From Candidatus Micrarchaeota archaeon (GTDB lineage Archaea > B1Sed10-29 > JAJRYS01), in assembly GCA_964643685.1 (NCBI GenBank), contig CAZXTN010000006.1:1-43741 (forward strand): a stretch of DNA of 43,741 bases, in the 5' to 3' direction. The position numbers and the translations under genes are program-made. Of the stretch, positions 27,793 to 36,627 are shown in pieces (the first letter of the stretch is position 1; every line of letters begins with the position of its first letter). The notes under the pieces were generated by a model that had not been told where the DNA came from, ran no database searches, and saw only the letters and a program-made list of their open reading frames with translations.

Positions 27793-29160
27793 TTATTTTC
27801 TTTGAATTTCATAAATTGAAGCTGGTTTCAAGCAATAAGTGCCCCAGCACTGTGTAGAAACATAAACCTTGCTTATATTTAATTCATCCAGAAGCTTGTC
27901 GCTCCATGCATTTGAATTAATTAAAACCTTATTGAATTTATACTTGTCTATAACAGGTTGTAATGGGCTTGGAGTGCTTTTCCAGAAAAAATCTTCAAGT
28001 TCTCTGAAACTGGTTTTGTTTTCAATGTTTTCAAATGAAATATCCAACATGGTATTCGCTTTTGTTTCAGCTAAAATAACTGCGCTGGTATCATGCCCAG
28101 CTAAAACCAAATCCCCTTGCTTCAACTGATTCACTGCAAGATAATCACTTTGACTCAACCCAGGGAATGAAAGAGATGAAAGCATAAGTAATAAAATTGC
28201 CGTGAATACTACAAACGCTTTCTTGTTTTTTACAAAAACTTCCCCTGCAATAAAAGAAATTGCTATCATTAAAAAGAAAGGCTGCCTCCATGAGTGGAAA
28301 ATTTTAGTAAAATAAAAAGAGAAGTAAAAGAAAATAGAAGTTGCTGTGAATATCAAAAACACTTTGCTTGCTTCTTTTCTAGGCTTTCCAACTAAGGACA
28401 AGGGGATTGCTGAAAGAGCCAAGTACCACGGATTTATAAATTGCATGAATTTAACTCCACGTGCAAGGTACTCAAAAGCAGTTGAGGAATAAGAGTAAAG
28501 CATGTTTGAAATCAAAGCAAGCCAAGCAAGAGGGATTGTTAAAATAGAAACTAAGAACTTGAATGCTTTTTTTCTGCTTGCATATAATTCATAGGTAATT
28601 AAAGGAATTGAGAAGTAAACAAAGCCCATTGGAGTGAACAGAGAACTCAAACCCATTGTTAACCCTGCTTTTAGTTTTTGTTTTTTCAAAAGAAAATGAA
28701 GAGATAAAATGAAGAAAGGAAAAGCAATTGACTGAGGAGAACCGAAGGATTCTGTTATAAGAACAGGATTAACAGCCATCAAAAAAGAGGTTATTAAAGC
28801 TTGCTGTCTGCTATAATTCTTTTTTACAAACCAATAAACTAAGAATAGGCTTAATGAAAACACTGCAGGCAAGGCATACTTAACTGCTGCTGCTAATGGA
28901 ACGCCAAGCATTGAAATGAAAATCAGCAGGAGATGGTAACCTGGAGGATAAAGATGAGGCCTGCCGTCCTGCGGAAAAGGCTCCCATGTAATAATTCCTT
29001 TTTCCTGCATTAATTTCGCTATGGAGTAATGATAATAAGAATCAAATTTCATGTAATGAGTTGACTGCATTGCAGGGTAAAACCTAAGCATCATGGCAGT
29101 GATTACCACAACTGCTAAAGCAATTGCATACTGGTTTTTTTCATAAAAGTTTTTTTTCAT
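27793..29160 (-). CDS. GT-C fold multi-TM glycosyltransferase-like protein
   Basis: DSYYH, GRPHLYPPGYH, many TM helices; resembles the adjacent gene. Confidence 0.65.
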   Translation of the reverse strand: MKKNFYEKNQYAIALAVVVITAMMLRFYPAMQSTHYMKFDSYYHYSIAKLMQEKGIITWEPFPQDGRPHLYPPGYHLLLIFISMLGVPLAAAVKYALPAVFSLSLFLVYWFVKKNYSRQQALITSFLMAVNPVLITESFGSPQSIAFPFFILSLHFLLKKQKLKAGLTMGLSSLFTPMGFVYFSIPLITYELYASRKKAFKFLVSILTIPLAWLALISNMLYSYSSTAFEYLARGVKFMQFINPWYLALSAIPLSLVGKPRKEASKVFLIFTATSIFFYFSFYFTKIFHSWRQPFFLMIAISFIAGEVFVKNKKAFVVFTAILLLMLSSLSFPGLSQSDYLAVNQLKQGDLVLAGHDTSAVILAETKANTMLDISFENIENKTSFRELEDFFWKSTPSPLQPVIDKYKFNKVLINSNAWSDKLLDELNISKVYVSTQCWGTYCLKPASIYEIQRK

Positions 29161-29603
29161 TGCACATCAACCATGTAAAACAAAGTAAAGGGATTTGATT
29201 CATAACCATAGCCGTTATACTCGTTTGCTGGGTTCCATATTTCTATTTTTACCTTATGCCTTCCTTTTTTATTTATTTGAATTGACAAGTTATTTGTTCC
29301 ATTTTTTAATTCAAGTTGTTCAACTAGCACGTCATCAACTAGTATTTTTGACAAGTAAGTTTCCCCTTGCCTTGAATCATTTATAAGCACTGTGAAATTT
29401 TGCATTCCTTTTACTGCATGCGTTTCATAATTTGTCAGTTTTATTTCAAGTGGCTGGAAGCCGTTAACTGGCTGCGGCTGAGTAATTAAATTAACTGCAA
29501 TTAAAGAAAAAGTAATTATTACTAAACTAAGTGGAACTTTTGTCTTAAAAAAAACTTCAAATAACTTTTTTTGTTTCACATTACTTCTCGCATTTTTCTT
29601 CAA
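29157..29603 (-). CDS. hypothetical single-TM exported protein
   Basis: N-terminal TM helix, beta-rich body; overlaps the downstream gene. Confidence 0.55.
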   Translation of the reverse strand: MKKNARSNVKQKKLFEVFFKTKVPLSLVIITFSLIAVNLITQPQPVNGFQPLEIKLTNYETHAVKGMQNFTVLINDSRQGETYLSKILVDDVLVEQLELKNGTNNLSIQINKKGRHKVKIEIWNPANEYNGYGYESNPFTLFYMVDVQ

Positions 29604-29625
29604 ATCCCTCTCACCTGAATTTCAC

Positions 29626-30306
29626 TTAGTCCTCGCATCTCATAACAAGCTTTGCCTGATACAAGAAAATTTTAAAAGACAGCTTCCAATTCAACTTGTT
29701 GAAATCAATTAATTTTTTCGAGTGGTATTTTACTTTTTCCTTTACATACGCCGTCTTAAACCCTTTCTTAGCTGCCTTGTATCTCAACTGCGTCTCAACT
29801 TCAAACCTGTTTTTAGTCAACTTCAACTCCTTAAACTTGCTTGTTTTGAACCCAAGAAACCCGCTGACAGGGTCTTTGATTATTTTCCCAGTTGCTAGAA
29901 ACAAGGCGAAGGTTGACATGTAAATATTAAACCTCCTTGGCCAGGGAATAATTGACAAATTCCTCTTGCCTACAACCAAGTCATACCCTTGCAGAAGCTT
30001 TTGTTTCATTTTCTTAATATCCTCAACATACAGCTGGTCATCGCCTTCAAAAAACACGAAGTAAGGCGTTTTCACGTGCTTTGCTCCGTAACGCATTGCA
30101 TATCCTTTGCCCTTGTTTGCACCATATTGAAGCAGTTTAATTTTTTTATGCTTTTTAACTATTTCAGCAGTTCCATCAGTAGAGCCGTCATCAACTACCA
30201 TTACTTCATCTATGAATTTTGCTTTTTCAAGCTTTTTCAAAACTGACTCAATATGCTTTTCTTCATTGTAAGCAGGAATAACAACAGTCAAAGCATCTTT
30301 TCTCAT
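29626..30306 (-). CDS. GT2 glycosyltransferase (Dol-P-sugar synthase-like)
   Basis: VVIPAYNEE, VDDGSTD, NKGKG.A, EGDDQ, FE.ET. Confidence 0.9.
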   Translation of the reverse strand: MRKDALTVVIPAYNEEKHIESVLKKLEKAKFIDEVMVVDDGSTDGTAEIVKKHKKIKLLQYGANKGKGYAMRYGAKHVKTPYFVFFEGDDQLYVEDIKKMKQKLLQGYDLVVGKRNLSIIPWPRRFNIYMSTFALFLATGKIIKDPVSGFLGFKTSKFKELKLTKNRFEVETQLRYKAAKKGFKTAYVKEKVKYHSKKLIDFNKLNWKLSFKIFLYQAKLVMRCED

Positions 30307-30318
30307 TTTTTCAACAAC

Positions 30319-30882
30319 TCACTGCGCCATTGCCTTCAGCAAAACGCTGATTGCATACAAGTCAACTCCTGTTTTTGCCTGGATTTCAACTAAATTACCT
30401 GCCTTAAAAAACACCTTGTTCTTGACATAATCAGGGTACTTCAAGCTAATCATAAACTCATCTTCGCTTGGCTGCAAGTCAATGCACTGCTGAACAGAGT
30501 AATTGCACTTAACAAAAGAAGTTGAATTAACTGATTCTTCGCAATAACACTTAACAGGATTCTTGTTCTCATCAACTGCAATTGAAACAAAAACAGCTTT
30601 CTTATCTGGAAAAGCACTTGTTAACTCAACCATTGCCTTAGTAATATAAGAACCTGTCTGACTCTCATCCTCAGGAGCCTCGTTTTTCAAAACAAAACCA
30701 TTCTTCGCCTCTAAACCCTTCATATAACCATAAGGATTAGATGAATTAACACCATAAAAACACACGTCTCTTATGCAAGTAGGCTTCTGAAACTGATTAG
30801 TTACAATCAACAAATCAAGCAATAACAAAGCAACTGCTATAACTGAAAGAACAATCACCAACTTCTTACTTTTCGAATCCAT
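30319..30882 (-). CDS. hypothetical membrane-anchored Cys-containing protein
   Basis: N-terminal TM helix; six Cys; GAGG SD. Confidence 0.6.
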   Translation of the reverse strand: MDSKSKKLVIVLSVIAVALLLLDLLIVTNQFQKPTCIRDVCFYGVNSSNPYGYMKGLEAKNGFVLKNEAPEDESQTGSYITKAMVELTSAFPDKKAVFVSIAVDENKNPVKCYCEESVNSTSFVKCNYSVQQCIDLQPSEDEFMISLKYPDYVKNKVFFKAGNLVEIQAKTGVDLYAISVLLKAMAQ

Positions 30883-31045
30883 TTTTAAACAACCTCTCTT
30901 TTTAACTCACTGTTTTTAATTAAACAACTCCTTGTTTTTAAAACCGCGCCGTAACTAAAAACAAAAAAAATCCTTTTTCTCCCAGAACTCGCTTAAAAAA
31001 ATCAGAATCTGATAAAACTAAAAATAAAAAAAAGAAGGGGTTTGA

Positions 31046-31068
31046 AAAACCCCATTTCACTGGGGTTT
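31046..31068 (-). terminator. hairpin directly after the S-layer stop, followed by U-rich tract
   Basis: AAAACCCCA/TGGGGTTTT inverted repeat; poly-T on the minus strand at ~31020-31036. Confidence 0.5.
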
Positions 31069-33546
31069 TTATGCAGTCAACAAGCTGATCAACTTGTCTG
31101 TAGCAGCTGCTGTGTCTGTTCCTTCATAACCTGCAACTAACAAGCTGTTACCTTCTGCACAGACTGTGCTGTCACCAGCCACCTTCAAGTCCTGTCCACA
31201 AGTCATAGCTGCTGCCAACTCGTTGACATAGTAACCACCTACAACAATCTTATAGGTAGCACTTGGACCTTCAGTGTCTAAGACAACCAAGTCCTGTGGC
31301 TGTAAACCGCTTGCAACCTGAGTGTAGTAAGTTCCTTCAGCAACACTTGGATAATTGATCTTTTCGATTGTTACTCCATTGACTTTGTCTCCTTCTTTTA
31401 GTGTTTGTTCCCCAAGTCCGCTTGTTGATGCTTGTCCTGCTATTTTAATTAAGGAGTGTCTTGCTGCACTTGGTACTGTTATTTTTACTGTTCCTACTGT
31501 AGAGCCATCTATTTCTGTTGACCTGTTTGTTATATCATACATATTCTTGTCGTAGGTGTATGTGTTTTCTCCTGTTTGGTTGATGAAAGTTGTTGCTCCT
31601 GTCACATACATTCCTGATTGCATGTTTGCATCTGAGGAGTGGTCTTCGTATCCAACAGTTAGTGAATCCCCTGTTGATGCATTTGTTGTTATTGTTGCTA
31701 TTGGATCTGCAGTTCCTGCTGGTGCAACTATTGAGTGTAGGTTCATTGTGTATCCTGTGCTCATGTCAGCTTGTTTTCCAAATGGAACTGAGTACGCACC
31801 TAATGTACATCCTGTTGTTGAGTCATTTGCTATTTGTACTAATTTTCTACCTACTGAACCTGTTAGGTCTATTACTTCGAATGTACAGTTTATTGCATTG
31901 TGTGTTGAACTGTATGTTAATGTCTTGTTTGTTGCGTTTGTTATTCCAGAGTATTCTACTACATCTCCATTGTCTTTGTCAGCTATCCTGAATTTGACTG
32001 AGTATGTGCTGTCATCTGTGTTTTTGCTGACATCTTCTAGGTAGACTACTTTGTCGTTGATTATTGTCCATCTGGAAATGTGGCTGTTTGCATCTTGGTT
32101 ATATAATGTTATTCCTTGTGTTGCGTTAGTCCAGTTTGCAGATACTTGGTCTGAGAAGTTTGCTACTGTGAAGTTTGCTTCTGTTGGGTATTCTGGCTTG
32201 AAGTCTTGCAAAACACCATCTTTGGAGTACCATTTTACCTGCATCATTTCATTTGTATCGTCAGATGTTCCTTGTCCTTTGAAAGTCAAATCTGTTGTGT
32301 AGTATGTTGTTGTTTGGGAACCAATTCCTTCTAGGCCAACTGTGAATAATGGTGTTCCATCTGCTTTCAATGGTCCGTTGATCTTTTCTCCTTTTGCTAG
32401 TCCGCTTGAGTATGTTCCCAAGTAACTGCCGTCGTATTTTAGTGTTATTGATATTAATTTGTTGTTGCTTACTTCAACGTCATCTACTTTCCAGTCTGTT
32501 TGTCCTGGGAATAGGTTTCCTGCCTCATATGTTTGTGTTCCTGTTCCTAGTCTTATTTGTGCTGTGTAGGAACTGTCTGCTGCGTTGTATCCGATTGACT
32601 CAACTTTCAAAGTTACTTTTGTTCCGTCAACTGTTGTTGAGAAAGTGCTTCCTCCTGTTAAGTTTCCTGTTTCTGTCTCTGATCCAGATGTTCCTATTAT
32701 TTTGAAGTAACCTTGTGCATTGTCTGTTCCTGTTCCTGATAGGAATTCTACTTGGATTCCATCTGTTGTTGTTATTGTGTCTCCTGTGTTTATCATTTGT
32801 TTTGTTCCAGTGTAGAAAGCAAGTGTTCCATCTTCTGTGTTTGCATAATCAAGACCGTATTTGTTTCCAAGTATTTTAATTTCAGGAGTTGTTTGATATG
32901 TTACAGAGCTTCCTACTGGAATTCCTGAACCTGTGAAAACTATCTTATATTTGATGTCCCCATTTTGTGTTTTTAGATATAACCCATGTCCATCATTTCC
33001 ATTTGTATCTTCTGAGTACTTTGCATGGAATCCTGTTCCTAAGATTATCTTGTCCTCATAGTAATACGTGTGTTGTGCCATTAAACCAGATGAGTCATCT
33101 GATATTTGAAGTGTCTTTTGTGACAAAACATCTTTCATGACTTCTTTTGTTATTGTAGTCTGTGAACCTATTGTTGCATCGTAGTGTTCTGTTGATGTTT
33201 GTGGTGTCAATTCAATGTATCTTGTATTGTCGTTTGATTCTACTGTTGTTCCCTCTACGTTTACTGTTACTGTTGGTGTGCTTGTTTCTATTGTTGTTTG
33301 TTTGTAGTTTAGTGATGCTAGTACTGCTGCGATTTTTGCTCCTTGTACTGAGTCTATTGCTTTGCTTGCTGCACCTATTACTACTTGTGTGTCTGATAGG
33401 TTGTTTTTTATGTTGTTTACTAAGCTTGTTACAGTTGCTTGGTCTGGTGCTACGTTTACTGCTGCTACTACAGGTGAGATTGCTCCTGCAATCATTGCTG
33501 CTCCAGCTGCAACTGCTGCTGCTCTTTTTATGTTTATGCTTCTCAT
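31069..33546 (-). CDS. S-layer protein
   Basis: IKRAAAVAAGAAMIAG signal, VVIG.....D...A..IA..L N-domain, C-terminal IVVGG..VN.LA...LLVAG....DT; Thr/Asn-rich; GAGGTGA SD. Confidence 0.88.
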   Translation of the reverse strand: MRSINIKRAAAVAAGAAMIAGAISPVVAAVNVAPDQATVTSLVNNIKNNLSDTQVVIGAASKAIDSVQGAKIAAVLASLNYKQTTIETSTPTVTVNVEGTTVESNDNTRYIELTPQTSTEHYDATIGSQTTITKEVMKDVLSQKTLQISDDSSGLMAQHTYYYEDKIILGTGFHAKYSEDTNGNDGHGLYLKTQNGDIKYKIVFTGSGIPVGSSVTYQTTPEIKILGNKYGLDYANTEDGTLAFYTGTKQMINTGDTITTTDGIQVEFLSGTGTDNAQGYFKIIGTSGSETETGNLTGGSTFSTTVDGTKVTLKVESIGYNAADSSYTAQIRLGTGTQTYEAGNLFPGQTDWKVDDVEVSNNKLISITLKYDGSYLGTYSSGLAKGEKINGPLKADGTPLFTVGLEGIGSQTTTYYTTDLTFKGQGTSDDTNEMMQVKWYSKDGVLQDFKPEYPTEANFTVANFSDQVSANWTNATQGITLYNQDANSHISRWTIINDKVVYLEDVSKNTDDSTYSVKFRIADKDNGDVVEYSGITNATNKTLTYSSTHNAINCTFEVIDLTGSVGRKLVQIANDSTTGCTLGAYSVPFGKQADMSTGYTMNLHSIVAPAGTADPIATITTNASTGDSLTVGYEDHSSDANMQSGMYVTGATTFINQTGENTYTYDKNMYDITNRSTEIDGSTVGTVKITVPSAARHSLIKIAGQASTSGLGEQTLKEGDKVNGVTIEKINYPSVAEGTYYTQVASGLQPQDLVVLDTEGPSATYKIVVGGYYVNELAAAMTCGQDLKVAGDSTVCAEGNSLLVAGYEGTDTAAATDKLISLLTA

Positions 33547-33596
33547 TATTTCACCTCTTTTTTTTGAGAATTTTTTTTAATCAAGGTTTAACTTTT

Positions 33597-33614
33597 GGCA
33601 GTTCATCCACTGCC
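33597..33614 (-). promoter_or_regulatory. hairpin in the probable S-layer 5' UTR
   Basis: GGCAGT-N6-ACTGCC; TTATAAA TATA-like box near 33650-33657 on the minus strand. Confidence 0.4.
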
Positions 33615-33880
33615 TTATTTTGGTTTAATTATAACTGATTTGTTGTTGGTTTATAAGCTTTACCCCAAATTTCCTCATTTTTGTCTAACTTTTTTTCGTT
33701 GATTGTTTGAATTTTGGTTGTTTTTTGTAACTTAATTGCATTTTTGTATCTGTTTGTCCCTCTTTACTGGTTTTAAAATTGGTTGTTTTTGATTTTGTTT
33801 TTGCTTTTGCTTGTGCTGTTTTTCTGTGAATTTTGCTTTTCAGCATTGTTGATTAAAAGAATTTTTTATGCAATTATTTT

Positions 33881-34519
33881 TTAATCTTTTTGTTGTTCTG
33901 CCTGTTGCTGTTTTTCAAGCATTTTTTTAACTAATTGAGCGTGTTTTAATTGTATTATTAATGTAGTATAATAATAGACTGCTGAACTTACTTGCTGTAG
34001 AATTTCTTGTATTTGACGCGTGTTCAATTCTTCTGTTTTCGGCTTTATTACTTCAACTGAAGTTGGCCCGTAATTTATGACAAAATTAATCATGTCAAAC
34101 AGGGAGTCTGCGCTTATAGTTGTTTCAATGTACGCGTTGTAAACTCCTTTGTTTTCAATAGCATCTAATCTCTTAATTTCATCTACCCTGACATTTTCTT
34201 TTTTTATCTTTTCTTCAAGCAAGCCTAACTGTTTTTCAAGCGACTCTTTATCCAGGCTTGTTGCTTCTATTATAAAATAAGCTTGAAACTTGCCTTCAAT
34301 TGGCTTGTTAGCAGCTCCTTTCACTGCCTTTTCAACCAAGTCAATCAATTTATACTTGTCTTCTTTTCTTTCAACTACTCTTAATTTCAGCAAGCCAGCT
34401 AATTCTTCATTTAACTCTGAAGCACTTACTCCAAGTTCTTCTCTTAATTCTTCAAGAGTCTTCGGGCTCTCAAGCAAAGACTTAGCAATTTTTTGCTGAA
34501 CCTCACTATACTCAACCAT
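33881..34519 (-). CDS. conserved hypothetical protein with N-terminal winged HTH
   Basis: PKTLEELREELGVS..EL...L..L.KL.VVE; YGPTSVEVI.P; GAGGTG SD before ATG 34519. Confidence 0.7.
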   Translation of the reverse strand: MVEYSEVQQKIAKSLLESPKTLEELREELGVSASELNEELAGLLKLRVVERKEDKYKLIDLVEKAVKGAANKPIEGKFQAYFIIEATSLDKESLEKQLGLLEEKIKKENVRVDEIKRLDAIENKGVYNAYIETTISADSLFDMINFVINYGPTSVEVIKPKTEELNTRQIQEILQQVSSAVYYYTTLIIQLKHAQLVKKMLEKQQQAEQQKD

Positions 34520-34521
34520 CT

Positions 34522-34602
34522 TCAAAAAACACCTCTTTCAGTGAAAAAACCTTGAGCCAAAAGCGATTGGATTTTTTGCTGAACTTCAGTATATTCAACC
34601 AT
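34522..34602 (-). CDS. 26-aa upstream mini-ORF duplicating the N-terminus of the wHTH protein
   Basis: MVEYTEVQQKIQSLLAQGFFTERGVF* vs MVEYSEVQQKIAK; own AGGTG SD; stop 2 nt before the main ATG. Confidence 0.45.
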   Translation of the reverse strand: MVEYTEVQQKIQSLLAQGFFTERGVF

Positions 34603-34710
34603 TTTTAACAAACACCTAAAAAAAGAAAATACTAACTTGGTTTACTTAACTCTAAGATATGAAAACAATAATATATAAACCCTTACCTCCTAAAAATAAA
34701 ATGATAAAAA

Positions 34711-35013
34711 ATGGTTAATGCAAGTGAAATAAGCAATATAAGTGGAACAGTCGGTTCAAAAGTAATAAGCTTAATAGGACACTGGAACCTCGTGCTAGGG
34801 GCTTTAATACTGCTTGTAATTGGCTTCATAATAATTTACTTGCTTAAAAACTTAATAGCGCATGCAGTAGTTGGAATAATAGGACTTCTTGTAATAAAAT
34901 ACGCTTTAGGAATCCCAATTCCTTTAAACGGCTTGACAATTCTAGTAAGCATATTTGGTGGACTCTGGGGAGTAGCAGGGCTACTAATTGCTGCATTTCT
35001 CGGATGGCTATGA
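34711..35013 (+). CDS. small membrane protein, BofA-like
   Basis: three TM helices; IPIPLNGLTILVSIFGGLWGV resembles the BofA family pattern. Confidence 0.6.
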   Translation: MVNASEISNISGTVGSKVISLIGHWNLVLGALILLVIGFIIIYLLKNLIAHAVVGIIGLLVIKYALGIPIPLNGLTILVSIFGGLWGVAGLLIAAFLGWL

Positions 35014-35042
35014 AAATAACTAGAAACTCTTTTTTTTAAAAT

Positions 35043-35351
35043 TCAGCATCCGCTGCTTCCAATAAACACTGCAGAATCATTGCCTAACTTGCAGCAATTC
35101 ACAGCACCTGGAAAAATCTCTTCACCTGAAACAGAATCAACACACTGCTCCTCACAAAAATCACAATCATATGTTTTATTAACCCTGTGTATAAAATCAC
35201 ATTGTTTAGCAGCTGTCTGACAATTCACAATAAGAGTCACTTCTTTCTTAGAAGAAACAGAACCCCTAAGCAAAACAACACTAACAACAGAAATGACAAG
35301 CACAAAAGCCAAAACAATCAACAACTCTACACTCACTTGCCCTCTCTTCAT
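35043..35351 (-). CDS. class III signal peptide (archaeal type IV pilin-like) protein, Cys-rich
   Basis: MKRG/QVSVELLIVLAFVLVI; 8 Cys in the globular part. Confidence 0.85.
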   Translation of the reverse strand: MKRGQVSVELLIVLAFVLVISVVSVVLLRGSVSSKKEVTLIVNCQTAAKQCDFIHRVNKTYDCDFCEEQCVDSVSGEEIFPGAVNCCKLGNDSAVFIGSSGC

Positions 35352-35373
35352 AACAAACACCCCTTTACCAATT

Positions 35374-35961
35374 TCAGAATCTTCCTGAAGTGCTTAAACC
35401 TTGCTTTTCTAAAAAAATATTCTCAAACGAATCACTACGAGGAAACAACTTAAACACACAAGTGCTTTTCCCTGAAACAACACACTGCTCCTCAACACAA
35501 TCCAAACTCTCGCCATAAACAGCAGAAGCAAGCCCAGCTAAAAAAGCACTTACATAAACACACACAGGCTTACTGCTTTCTCCTCTGAACTCCTTCACAC
35601 TCAACGCAATTGAACTATCCCTCAACTCAACAACAGCACTCTTAGGCAACTCATTCTCCCTCACTTCAACAAAGCCAAAACCATAAGCCTCAACCAACTT
35701 AACCAACTCACCAAAAACCTGAGCCATAGTCAAATCATTCTCATTCAACCACGCCTTAACCTCATCAGACTCTAAAATCTTAAAACCATGCTTCAACGCA
35801 CTCGACTTAACATAATCATAATAAAACAACCAGACCCTCTCATCATAACTAGCCCTCATCTTACGCATCAAATCAATCAACAAAAAACTAGGCACTAAAT
35901 TCAACCTACCCCCAAGCCCTTTAATTCCCCCTTTATTAAACTCAACTTTAGTTAAATCCAT
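35374..35961 (-). CDS. V4R-domain protein
   Basis: GFG, KPVC....AFLAG, EEQC..SG...C.F. Confidence 0.85.
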   Translation of the reverse strand: MDLTKVEFNKGGIKGLGGRLNLVPSFLLIDLMRKMRASYDERVWLFYYDYVKSSALKHGFKILESDEVKAWLNENDLTMAQVFGELVKLVEAYGFGFVEVRENELPKSAVVELRDSSIALSVKEFRGESSKPVCVYVSAFLAGLASAVYGESLDCVEEQCVVSGKSTCVFKLFPRSDSFENIFLEKQGLSTSGRF

Positions 35962-36065
35962 TATAACTTAAAACGAAGACAAACAAGAATAAAAAGCAAT
36001 ATTATTGCAACAAAAACAATTTAAAACATTGAAAAACTAAAAAAAAACAAGTAAAAATATACAAC

Positions 36066-36195
36066 AACAAAAAACAAAAAATGGCTGTGGTAGCATAACA
36101 GCCCTAACGGGTTGACGGTCAGACCACATTCAGCTTAAAAAAGCTGAAGTGCTCTACAAAACAATTAAACAAAAAACAAAAAATGGCTGTGGTAG
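36066..36195 (+). repeat. 28-bp direct repeat of the tRNA-His leader and 5' end
   Basis: AACAAAAAACAAAAAATGGCTGTGGTAG at 36066-36093 and 36168-36195. Confidence 0.85.
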
Positions 36196-36389
36196 TGTAG
36201 CGGTAGCATCCAGGACTGTGGATATCGAAACCTCCAGCAGGTTTCAATGCATCCAGCAACCCAACAAAGCAGAAATCCTGTAGCCCGGGTTCAAAACAGC
36301 CGTATCCAGCTGGCGGGCTGGTCGGCCATAAAGGCCAACAGTCTGCTTTCAGCAGAAAAGATATGGCAGTGAAACTCCCGGCCACGGCC
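36185..36389 (+). tRNA. tRNA-His(GTG) with encoded G-1, 37/38 intron (36222-36274) and T-loop 59/60 intron (36296-36375)
   Basis: G-GCTGTGG/CCACGGC-C acceptor; CAGGA/TCCTG anticodon stem; BHB helices CTGT/GCAG and TTCA/TGAA; directly upstream of hisS. Confidence 0.92.
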
Positions 36390-36626
36390 TTAAAACAAAG
36401 ACCACTAAGCGAAAGCGCACGTGGTTTGCAGGGGGGTCAGGAAGACCCTGAAACTGGGGGGGACAGCAAGTCCCCCGCGGTTCGGTGAAACTCCCGGCCA
36501 CGGCCTTAGCAAAAAAATAAGCACTTCGGCGGGAGCCGAACGTGGTTAGCGGGGGAATCAGAAATTCCCTAGAAATGAAGGGGGCAGCCAGCCCCCTGCG
36601 TTTCGGTGAAACTCCCGGCCACGGCC
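36369..36626 (+). repeat. three exact 21-bp repeats (intron 3' end + tRNA-His 3' exon) separated by homologous structured units
   Basis: GTGAAACTCCCGGCCACGGCC at 36369, 36485 and 36606. Confidence 0.9.
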
Positions 36627-36627
36627 C

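Noticed and set aside
30883..30932. Another 5'-end duplication (GGAGTTGTTTAA vs GAGGTTGTTTAA on the minus strand)
   Set aside because: Too short and AT-rich, and no coding sequence is duplicated.
36296..36375. Group II intron domain V (AGCCGTAT resemblance), also at 17238-17348
   Set aside because: No GNRA-capped ~34-nt DV hairpin, DVI or RT ORF; the BHB junctions fully explain splicing.
36369..36626. CRISPR array
   Set aside because: The repeat is tRNA/intron sequence, the spacers are ~95-100 nt and homologous to each other, and there are no cas genes in the window.
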